A stretch of 64,000 nt of DNA from Candidatus Heimdallarchaeum endolithica (GTDB lineage: Archaea > Asgardarchaeota > Heimdallarchaeia > Heimdallarchaeales > Heimdallarchaeaceae). The stretch is from positions 2,560,001-2,624,000 of the forward strand of contig CP084167.1 of assembly GCA_021513715.1 (NCBI GenBank), written 5' to 3'. The translations under genes and the position numbers were made by a program. The notes beneath the pieces are model-generated. The model saw only the letters and a list, made by a program, of their open reading frames with translations. It searched no databases and had not been told where the DNA came from. Each line of letters opens with the position of its first letter. The first letter of the stretch is position 1. This document shows, piece by piece, positions 1 through 7,343 of this stretch.

Positions 1-279
1 CTTAGCCAACATTCCTTTTTCCCTGTTATTCCCCCAAAAAGTAATGCTCGTTATCCCTCTCCTCCTCCCCTCGGACCAATAGTTCAAGCTCATCGTCTCT
101 ACCCTGGTCTGTATCGTCGTAATCATCATCCCGAGTATCGTAGTAGTATTGAACACGTCTTTGGTCTCCTTAAACTCTCTCTTCCCCCAATCCTTGATCG
201 TTTACCCTCCACCATCCTCTCTACCTTGTACAGTTCTCTTCTCTGTTACAACTACCTTTTACTCCTTCGGACCGTTTAG
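1..279 (+). CDS. C-terminal part of an IS5-like DDE transposase (5' truncated by window edge)
   Basis: Not in the ORF track. Frame +1 is open from base 1 to TAG at 277-279: ...FPVIPPKSNAR...YRRNHHPEYRSSIEHVFGLLK...LLCYN. This carries the R-x3-E-x6-K (YREK-type) signature and the P-x-IPPK-x-N motif typical of IS4/IS5-group transposases. Confidence 0.75.
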   Translation, partial: LSQHSFFPVIPPKSNARYPSPPPLGPIVQAHRLYPGLYRRNHHPEYRSSIEHVFGLLKLSLPPILDRLPSTILSTLYSSLLCYNYLLLLRTV

Positions 280-306
280 TAGGTGAAAAAGAATTTTTGG
301 ACATGC
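1..306 (+). mobile_element. Right end of an IS5-like insertion sequence; putative terminal repeat ...TTTTGGACATGC ending near 306
   Basis: The transposase C-terminus is followed by a short non-coding tail, then composition switches abruptly to AT-rich host sequence after 306. The left end is outside the window, so the IR cannot be paired. Confidence 0.55.
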
Positions 307-389
307 TTTTTTAAATTAAAAGAGATTCTATAATTTTCTTTTTGTAAGTTATTTTTTTATCCCATTGATTTAAATAAAAAACATCTGTT

Positions 390-842
390 TTAAATTTGAA
401 CTGAAGCTATTACAGTTTCAAAGTTTATATCTTCGAACTTATTAATAATTGAGTATCCTTCGCTATCAATTGGTAAGTTTGAAATGAATAAGGCATGTAT
501 CTTTCTCCCTTCTGGTTTTACTCTTGTTATACGTTCAATAAAATCTTTAATATCTTCAATAGGAACGAAACTGTTCCTATAAAATCTACTTTCACCTAAA
601 ATGAGCTTTTGGTCGTTAAAAGCTACAAAATCAAAAATTAGTATCTCGTTAAGTGTCCAACTCACCCATTGATATCCTTCATTTTCATAATCGTACATTG
701 GGATATCGAATCCTGCTTTTTTTAATTCTTCAACGCATAGTTTTACGACTTCTGGGTGCGCTTTTCCGGGAATAAAATAACTTAATTTAGGTAATACATT
801 GGATATTTTTAGTACTAGTTGTGTTGTGAGATTCATTCTCAT
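390..842 (-). CDS. Hypothetical protein with a PD-(D/E)XK restriction-endonuclease-like fold, possibly degenerate
   Basis: FDFVAFNDQKLILGESRF resembles D-x-va...gE-x-K (K replaced by R), followed by a helix and ALFISN strand as in Mrr-like domains. Confidence 0.4.
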   Translation of the reverse strand: MRMNLTTQLVLKISNVLPKLSYFIPGKAHPEVVKLCVEELKKAGFDIPMYDYENEGYQWVSWTLNEILIFDFVAFNDQKLILGESRFYRNSFVPIEDIKDFIERITRVKPEGRKIHALFISNLPIDSEGYSIINKFEDINFETVIASVQI

Positions 843-1022
843 TTTTTATATTGGAAAATAGTATAAGAAGATATTCATTAAATTTGGACTTACTTATTTT
901 TCTATTTTCTGTTTTTACCTCTTATTTTGAGCTTTTTAGTCTAATTTTTCTATTTTTATTCTAAATAAAAGGTCTTTATCTCTAAACTTAAATATATTAG
1001 TAAAAATCTCGTTTTAGTTAAA

Positions 1023-1895
1023 ATGAGTTTCGAGATTCTGGATACACGAGAGTTAAATTCCGAGAATACATGGATGAAAATTAAAGCTCCATTAATTGCT
1101 GAAAGATGTAAAGCAGGACAATTTATTATTATACGTTCAAATGAAAAAGGAGAACGTATCCCTCTTACCATTGCCAATTGGGATAAAAAAGAGGGCTCAG
1201 TTGAAGTTGTTTTTCAAAAAGTAGGAGCAAGTACACAAGAATTAGGTACCTACAAAAAAGGAGACTTTTTGCTTGATGTTGTAGGTCCATTAGGTATACC
1301 CACACACACAAAAGGAGCAGGGAATACTATTGTTATAGGTGGAGGATTAGGAATTGCAATTGCTACCCCTGTGGCTCGAGCATATAAAGAAGCAGGAAAT
1401 AAAGTACATGTCATTATTGGAGCTCGAACAAAAGAATTACTCTTTAATGTTGAAATATTAGAATCTTTTGCAGATGGACTAACAATTTGTACAGATGATG
1501 GGAGTTTTGGTATCAAAGGATTTGTCACCCAACCACTGCAAGAAATGATAGATAAAGGTGAAAAAATTGACACCGTATTTTGTGTTGGACCCCCCATAAT
1601 GATGAAGTTTATTTCTAAAATAACAGAAAAACATGGGATCCACACTGTCGCTTCTCTTAACACCATTATGTTAGATGGAACAGGTATGTGCGGTGCATGT
1701 AGAGTTACTATTGGTAATGAAATTAAATTTGTTTGTGTTGATGGCCCTGATTTTGATGCACATTTAGTAGATTGGGATGAAATGATGGCTAGAACACAAG
1801 CTTATAGAGAGGAGGAGAAAATAGCATTAGAGCATTACCATAAATGTAGAGCTGAAAAGGCTTTAGAAGAGCAAAATTCTAAAGAAAAGAAGTAG
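1023..1895 (+). CDS. sudB: NfnA / sulfide dehydrogenase beta subunit (FAD/NAD-binding, 2Fe-2S)
   Basis: GQFIIIR...GERIPLTI, GPLG, GGGLGIA, DGTGMCGACRV...VCVDGP motifs; directly upstream of the GltD-like partner. Confidence 0.93.
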   Translation: MSFEILDTRELNSENTWMKIKAPLIAERCKAGQFIIIRSNEKGERIPLTIANWDKKEGSVEVVFQKVGASTQELGTYKKGDFLLDVVGPLGIPTHTKGAGNTIVIGGGLGIAIATPVARAYKEAGNKVHVIIGARTKELLFNVEILESFADGLTICTDDGSFGIKGFVTQPLQEMIDKGEKIDTVFCVGPPIMMKFISKITEKHGIHTVASLNTIMLDGTGMCGACRVTIGNEIKFVCVDGPDFDAHLVDWDEMMARTQAYREEEKIALEHYHKCRAEKALEEQNSKEKK

Positions 1896-1907
1896 AGGTA
1901 GAAAAAA

Positions 1908-3374
1908 ATGGGTTCTGACGCAAAAAAAAGTAGTGGTAGAAAGCCATTAGTAAGAACACGATTACCTATGGCTACACAGAGACCAGAGGATAGAATAAAT
2001 AATTTTGATGAAGTACCTTATGGTTATAATGAAGCAGAAGCAGTACTTGAATCACAAAGATGTTTACAATGTAGAAACGCTCCTTGTGTAAAAGGTTGCC
2101 CTGTTGAAGTTCCAATTCCACAGTTTATTAAATTGGTTCAACAAGGTAAGTTCGTTGAAGCTGCAGAAATAATAAAAACAAAAAATAGTCTTCCTGCAAT
2201 AACTGGAAGAGTATGCCCACAAGAACTTCAATGTGAAGCTCGTTGTGTTATGGGAAAAAGATATCAACCAGTGTCTATAGGCAATCTTGAACGTTTTGTG
2301 GCTGATTACGCACGAGAGCATGGTGAAAAACTTCCTGAACTTCCTGAACCAACAGGAAAAAAGGTTGCTGTGGTAGGAGCAGGGCCTGCTGGTTTATCAT
2401 GTGCTGGAGATCTGGCTTTACTTGGACATGATGTAACAGTTTTTGAAGCACTTCATGCACCAGGTGGTGTATTAATTTATGGTATTCCAGAGTTTCGTTT
2501 ACCTAAAGATATCGTTAAATATGAAACTAGTTACTTAAAAAAGATAGGTGTAAAGATTATACCCAATTTTATTATTGGAAAAAATAAAACCGTTAAAGAA
2601 CTACTTAATGAATTTGATGCAGTTTTCATAGGAACAGGCGCTGGGTCTCCAAGATTGTTAAACATTCCTGGAGTAAACTTGGTTAATGTATATTCTGCTA
2701 ACGAGTATCTAACTAGAGTAAACTTGCTAAAAGGTTATTTGTTCCCTGAATATAAAACGCCAGTGAAAAAAGGAAAAACAGTGATCACCATCGGTGCTGG
2801 AAATGTAGCTATGGATTCAGCAAGAACAGCAAAAAGACTTGGTGCTGAAAACTCTATTATTGTATACAGAAGAAGTAAAAAAGAATGCCCAGCTAGAGTA
2901 GAAGAGGTACATCATGCAGAAGAAGAAGGAATAGATTTTAGATTTTTGACAAATCCAATTAGAATAATAGGAGATGAAAAAGGGAGAGTAAAAGCTTTAG
3001 AATGTTTACGTTACAAACTTGGGGAACCAGATGAAACAGGAAGAGCTAAACCTATTCCTATTGAAGGTTCAGAGCATATAATTGAATGTGATGTTGTTAT
3101 AATTGCAATTGGAAACAATCCTAATCCTATTATTCCTCAAACTACACCAGACTTAGAAACTAGTAAATGGGGGACAATAATTACTAACTCGAAAACAGGA
3201 GAAACTAGCTTGCAACGAGTTTATGCTGGAGGAGATATAGCAACAGGAGCAGCAACAGTTATTGCAGCAATGGGCGCTGGAAAAATAGCTGCAAAAAGCA
3301 TCCATAAACAATTAATGGGTCACGAAATCGATGAGGAAGAACATAACCTCGAAGTAGGTAAATGTGACTCTTAA
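1908..3374 (+). CDS. sudA: NfnB / sulfide dehydrogenase alpha subunit (GltD-like NADPH oxidoreductase)
   Basis: RCLQC...CVKGCP, GRVCPQELQCE, GAGPAGL, YGIPEFRLPK, GAGNVAMD, AGGD motifs. Confidence 0.93.
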   Translation: MGSDAKKSSGRKPLVRTRLPMATQRPEDRINNFDEVPYGYNEAEAVLESQRCLQCRNAPCVKGCPVEVPIPQFIKLVQQGKFVEAAEIIKTKNSLPAITGRVCPQELQCEARCVMGKRYQPVSIGNLERFVADYAREHGEKLPELPEPTGKKVAVVGAGPAGLSCAGDLALLGHDVTVFEALHAPGGVLIYGIPEFRLPKDIVKYETSYLKKIGVKIIPNFIIGKNKTVKELLNEFDAVFIGTGAGSPRLLNIPGVNLVNVYSANEYLTRVNLLKGYLFPEYKTPVKKGKTVITIGAGNVAMDSARTAKRLGAENSIIVYRRSKKECPARVEEVHHAEEEGIDFRFLTNPIRIIGDEKGRVKALECLRYKLGEPDETGRAKPIPIEGSEHIIECDVVIIAIGNNPNPIIPQTTPDLETSKWGTIITNSKTGETSLQRVYAGGDIATGAATVIAAMGAGKIAAKSIHKQLMGHEIDEEEHNLEVGKCDS

Positions 3375-3448
3375 ATTTTTAAACCTTTTTTTAAATCTCT
3401 TTCAATCTTTTTTTGGTAAAAAAAGTCTTAGTCCAGGATTAATTTTAT

Positions 3449-3928
3449 CTATAAAATTAAACGATAAAGATAAGCATTTTCTCTATCTTCATAATATTTT
3501 CGAATAGTCCTGATTCGCTTAAAACCCATTTTTTCATATAGGTTAATAGCATAATTGTTAGTTACTCTTACTTCAAGTTTAATTGAATTAAATCCTAGTT
3601 CTTTTACTCTAGTTATGAAGTATCTAAGTATCATTTTTCCGTATCCTTTCTTCCTAAAATTTCTATGAATTGCTATAGAAAGTATATGTGCTTCAGACTT
3701 AAATGATGATCTTCCTCCAAGAATGAAACCTATTATCTTGCTATAAGAATTATTATTATTTGATAAATTAACATCAATTTCTAAAGCAAAGCATAGGTCA
3801 GGATTCTGAAAGAAAATTAAGGAAATATATAATTCAGGAAAAGGAAATGCAAATGTGATTCGCTCTAAATCATAAACATCAACAATATCTTCAGTTTGCA
3901 TTTCTCTTATCCGTATCATAAGTTTCAC
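3449..3928 (-). CDS. rimI: RimI/Ard1-like GNAT N-acetyltransferase
   Basis: HILSIAIH..FRKKGYG, LEVRVTN..AINLYEKMGF, KYYED.ENAY. The start may be a few codons downstream. Confidence 0.88.
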   Translation of the reverse strand: MKLMIRIREMQTEDIVDVYDLERITFAFPFPELYISLIFFQNPDLCFALEIDVNLSNNNNSYSKIIGFILGGRSSFKSEAHILSIAIHRNFRKKGYGKMILRYFITRVKELGFNSIKLEVRVTNNYAINLYEKMGFKRIRTIRKYYEDRENAYLYRLIL

Positions 3929-4000
3929 ATTTAGTAGTTATTGATTACAACCATAGTTTAACAGAAAAAAACTTTGTGTTCTGTTGAATAGTTTGAAATA

Positions 4001-4015
4001 GGGAAAGTTAAATAA
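4001..4015 (+). promoter_or_regulatory. BRE + TATA box for the structured RNA
   Basis: GGGAAAG followed by TTAAATAA (4008-4015), about 25 nt upstream of the first hairpin at 4036; archaeal promoter geometry. Confidence 0.6.
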
Positions 4016-4035
4016 GACTTTGAGTAGATTCTTAT

Positions 4036-4265
4036 GCCTTCTATCGAGGACTTGTTAGAGGTTGTTTATGACAAACGATGAAAGCAAGAGCAAAAAGAAG
4101 GCTACAGCCTATCATATACGGGCTCTTTACCAAGTTGAGTGTGACACTCAGAACAATGAGGTTGAGTCAACCCTGATAGGCTACATTGGGTTCTCCTGAG
4201 GAGCTCTGCTAGCAGATGTGGGATTGTCCCAAAGATGAAGCTTAGTGTTAGCCTTGGGGGAACCC
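4036..4265 (+). ncRNA. Multi-hairpin box H/ACA pseudouridylation guide RNA: two H/ACA units (4036-4106, 4107-4185) plus a third K-turn hairpin (4188-4265)
   Basis: Hp1: stem GCCTTCT(4036-42)/AGAAGGC(4096-4102), pocket, upper stem CTTGTT/AGCAAG, K-turn-like TAGA...ACGATGA, ACA at 4104-06. Hp2: GCCTATCA(4107-14)/TGATAGGC(4174-81), upper stem GGCTC/GAGTC, ACA at 4183-85, 14 nt from the upper stem. Hp3: 14 bp stem 4188-4201/4252-4265 with CAGA...AAGATGA and no ACA. Confidence 0.8.
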
Positions 4266-4328
4266 TTTAGTTATATTGAAACAGAAAAATTAAAAATAGG
4301 TTGAAATTAAGCAATTTAGAAGAAAATA

Positions 4329-4403
4329 GGGGTAGTGGTCTAGTGGTATGACAACGCCTTCACGCGGCGTAGGTCGCAGGTTCAATTCCTGCCTACCCCA
4401 CCA
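4329..4403 (+). tRNA. trnV: tRNA-Val(CAC), intronless, CCA encoded
   Basis: Acceptor stem GGGGTAG/CTACCCC, D arm GTC..GAC, anticodon arm ACGCC-TTCACGC-GGCGT, T arm GCAGG-TTCAATT-CCTGC, 3' ACCA. Confidence 0.97.
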
Positions 4404-4426
4404 CCAACAATTTGTTGAGAAATCAA

Positions 4427-5398
4427 ATGTCAGAATCAAATATTGATCACGGATTTATTGACCTTTTTTCTGGAGCTGGAGGTTTTAGTTCTGGGTTTAG
4501 ACTTGCTGGCTTTAAAGAATTACTAGTTATTGAAAGGAATCTCTCTGCCATAAAAACATACAACTTGAACCTGCCTGACGCAATTTGTATAAATGATGAT
4601 ATACGGAATATTCATTCTTTAGAAATAGAAAGAAAATGTTATCAAAAACCAACTGTCGTGTTAGCCTCTCCCCCTTGTGAACCGTTTACTTCTGCAAATA
4701 CCAAACGAAAACCAACAACATGGGAAAGATTTTTTGAAGATCCCCAAGGGGATTTGATTTTTCATGCAATAAGGATAATCAAAGATTTAAATCCTGAATT
4801 TTTTGTTATCGAGAATGTTGTACCTATTATTGATGGTGAAGGAAGAGAAATTATTCTTGAAGCTTTTGCTGACTCCAAATTCCCAACTATATATTTTAAT
4901 GTTATTCGTGCTGAAAAACATGGTTCTCCTTCTTCTAGAAAGCGTGTTTTTATTTCTAACATCAATCTTGATTTGGAGAAGAAAAAAATTGTTACTGTAG
5001 GTCAAGTTTTATCTGGTCTCCAAGATCCTTCCTATCCAAATGATCTTCCTAATCACTTTCTAACTCCTATTCCAGATAAAATCCAAAAGAGAATTCATCA
5101 AATCAAACCTGGAAACGCTGCTGTTTATTTTGAAGGTGCATCAAGTGAAAAATTAAATTGGATTAGGCTTGATAAAAACAAACTTTCTCCTACTGTGATG
5201 GGAAAATCTAGGTTTATTCATTTTGATCAAGATCGGGCTTTGACGATACGTGAGCATGGGCGATTAATGACTTTTCCAGATTATTATGAGTTTACTGGAA
5301 CCGTTGAAGAAATGTATAATCAAGTTGGAGAAGCAGTTCCCCCACTAATTTCCTATTTGATTGCAAAAAAAATTAAAGAAAAAATTTCTGAATCCTAA
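4427..5398 (+). CDS. Cytosine-C5 methyltransferase (orphan)
   Basis: Motif I DLFSGAGG, IV SPPCEPF, VI ENV, VIII R-x-R-VF, IX RLMTFPD, X QVGEAVPP. The ORF track starts at TTG 4412; ATG 4427 is preferred. Confidence 0.9.
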   Translation: MSESNIDHGFIDLFSGAGGFSSGFRLAGFKELLVIERNLSAIKTYNLNLPDAICINDDIRNIHSLEIERKCYQKPTVVLASPPCEPFTSANTKRKPTTWERFFEDPQGDLIFHAIRIIKDLNPEFFVIENVVPIIDGEGREIILEAFADSKFPTIYFNVIRAEKHGSPSSRKRVFISNINLDLEKKKIVTVGQVLSGLQDPSYPNDLPNHFLTPIPDKIQKRIHQIKPGNAAVYFEGASSEKLNWIRLDKNKLSPTVMGKSRFIHFDQDRALTIREHGRLMTFPDYYEFTGTVEEMYNQVGEAVPPLISYLIAKKIKEKISES

Positions 5399-5446
5399 TC
5401 AATTTTTCCAAAACATTTAATTTTTCTATGGTAAATTTCTTTTAGA

Positions 5447-6499
5447 ATGTCTTCGAGTAAATCATCAAGAAAAGTTAAACGAACAAATTTTGCCACCTTA
5501 TCTAAAGGAATAATTAAAGCTGGGTATTGTGCTTCTTGTGGTGCTTGTGTAAGTGTTTGTCCTGTTAATAGCATTGAAATGCATAATGATCTTCCAAAAC
5601 TTGTTTCTACTTGCATTTCTTGTGGAGCTTGTGTTGATGCTTGTTATCGTTTTCAAAAACGTGAGAAGCAAAAGCAAGCAGCAATGAATCCAAATGACAT
5701 TTTAGAAATATATACTGCTAGAACTAAAGATGAAAATATTTATTCTCAAGCTCAAAACGGAGGAGTTGTTACTACTCTCCTTGTTCATGCACTTAAAGAA
5801 GGGATGATTGACGGAGCATTGATTACAGGTCAATACTCTACCCTTTTTGAACCTAAACCTCTATTAATAAATTCTCCAGAAGGAGTTATTCAAGGAGCAG
5901 GATCAAAATATGTTATTAGTAATAGTTTAACCAAATTAGATGCAATTCGTACTAGTCATAAAAAGAAAGCAGCAGTTGTGGGAGTTCCTTGCCATATTGA
6001 ATCACTTACGCGAATTATGCAATTTGGATATCTTGGGCTTGAGCATAGGGTCGCATTGAAAATAGGTTTATTTTGTATGCACTCTTATGATAAAAATCTG
6101 CTCAAACAATTTGTGGCTGACAAATTTAACATTAGTCCTGAACAAATAATAAAGATGGACATTGATAAAGGTAAGTTTATCTTCATTACTGAAACAGAGA
6201 AATATAAGGTTAAGCTGTCTGAAGTCGATTCTGCTTTCTATAATGGTTGTCACTACTGTTCTGATTTTACTGCTGAATATGCTGATATCGCCGTGGGAAA
6301 TATCGGTGTGGATGCAAAGAGTAATGTGGTTGTAATTCGTACTCAAAAGGGAAAAGAATTGTTTGATTCAGCGATAGAAAAAGGACTTTTAGATGTGACA
6401 ATGATTGATCCTCAAGAGTGGGAAGCAAAATTTGGGCTTGTTTTCAAACTTGAAAAAAGAAAGAAAAAAGAGGTTAAACCTCTCCCTCCTCTGGATTGA
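5447..6499 (+). CDS. F420 hydrogenase/dehydrogenase beta subunit family (FrhB/FpoF-like) with N-terminal 2x[4Fe-4S]
   Basis: CASCGACVSVCP and CISCGACVDAC, then AQNGGVVT, GSKY, VGVPC, IGLFC, GCHYCSDF, ADIAVG. Confidence 0.88.
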   Translation: MSSSKSSRKVKRTNFATLSKGIIKAGYCASCGACVSVCPVNSIEMHNDLPKLVSTCISCGACVDACYRFQKREKQKQAAMNPNDILEIYTARTKDENIYSQAQNGGVVTTLLVHALKEGMIDGALITGQYSTLFEPKPLLINSPEGVIQGAGSKYVISNSLTKLDAIRTSHKKKAAVVGVPCHIESLTRIMQFGYLGLEHRVALKIGLFCMHSYDKNLLKQFVADKFNISPEQIIKMDIDKGKFIFITETEKYKVKLSEVDSAFYNGCHYCSDFTAEYADIAVGNIGVDAKSNVVVIRTQKGKELFDSAIEKGLLDVTMIDPQEWEAKFGLVFKLEKRKKKEVKPLPPLD

Positions 6500-6520
6500 T
6501 CATTGCTGGTGATTTTTTCA

Positions 6521-7270
6521 TTGAAAAAAATAGAACTTTTTTCTATCCCTTTTCCTATTGTTAAAAAAGGCGATAACATAGCTGAACTAATTGTAAAAGA
6601 ATTGATTGATAACAATATAAGAATTCAAGATGGAGATATTTTTGTTATTGCACATACTATTATCTCTCGTGCAGAAGGTAATGAGTACTACCTACCTTCT
6701 ATTTCTCCTTCTTTTCTTGCTGAAATAATTTCTCGTAAAACAGGAAAAGATCCTTCATTGGTGCAGCTAATTCTAAATGAGTCTTCCTCTCTAGAAAAGG
6801 TTCAGAATAGGATTATTATTAGTAAACATCGTTTAGGATGGATATCTGCTAATGCTGCAGTTGACCAATCTAATTCTCTTCCTAATCATGCAGTTACATT
6901 ACCTACTGATCCTGAAAAAACTGCTAGAAAAATAGGTGTTTACTTGAAATTAAGATTAAAGAAGACTATTTCTGTATTAATTTCTGATACTCATGGTCGA
7001 GCACTCAGAAGGGGAGCGATTAATGTAGCTATTGGTTCTTATAATTTTTCAGTAATTGATGATGCAAGAGGACGTAGAGATATTTTCGGTAATGAATTAA
7101 AATCTACTTTAGTTGCTTTGGCTGATGAGGTTTGTTCTGCTGCAGAATTATTAATGGGACAAGCTGATGAAATGTCTCCAGTTGTTGTGGTAAGAGGATT
7201 TAATCAACGTTCTCCTGTTTCTTCAATTTATGAATTGCAATATGAAGATAATAAACGACTTTTTAAATGA
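6521..7270 (+). CDS. cofE: Coenzyme F420-0:L-glutamate ligase
   Basis: GDNIA...DGDIFVIA..IISRAEG, ANAAVDQSN, LPTDP, ISDTHGRALRRG, ADEVCSAAELLMG. GGTGA SD at 6508-12 favours TTG 6521 (track start 6503). Confidence 0.92.
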   Translation: MKKIELFSIPFPIVKKGDNIAELIVKELIDNNIRIQDGDIFVIAHTIISRAEGNEYYLPSISPSFLAEIISRKTGKDPSLVQLILNESSSLEKVQNRIIISKHRLGWISANAAVDQSNSLPNHAVTLPTDPEKTARKIGVYLKLRLKKTISVLISDTHGRALRRGAINVAIGSYNFSVIDDARGRRDIFGNELKSTLVALADEVCSAAELLMGQADEMSPVVVVRGFNQRSPVSSIYELQYEDNKRLFK

Positions 7271-7343
7271 AAAAAGCGTAAGTTTAAATAATAACTAAAT
7301 TAATTCAATCAACGAAAGCAATTCGCTTGTAAGGTGTTATTAG

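Noticed and set aside
1-200. Open minus-strand frame running off the left edge
   Set aside because: It is the codon-register mirror of the transposase frame, open because of the compositional skew, and has no protein motif.
4068-4310. ATG-initiated frame (MTNDESKSKKK...) with three in-frame TGA codons, suggesting a selenoprotein
   Set aside because: No redox motif or selenoprotein similarity and no SECIS seen; the region is fully explained by the hairpin/K-turn/ACA RNA structure.
4400-4406. tRNA 3' end reads ACCACCA, like the CCACCA degradation tag
   Set aside because: That tag is added post-transcriptionally to unstable tRNAs. Here the acceptor stem is perfect and the extra CCA is most simply trailer sequence.
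390-5398. Nuclease-like ORF plus C5-MTase as a restriction-modification system
   Set aside because: They are separated by 3.5 kb of unrelated housekeeping genes and the nuclease motif is degenerate.
4329-5398. tRNA-Val as integration site of an island starting with the MTase
   Set aside because: No integrase, no duplicated tRNA 3' end noticed in the window, and downstream genes are core metabolic.
6497-6523. frhB-like TGA stop is in frame with cofE (possible readthrough fusion)
   Set aside because: cofE has its own GGTGA SD (6508-12) and TTG start (6521); same frame occurs by chance one time in three; no recoding signal is visible.
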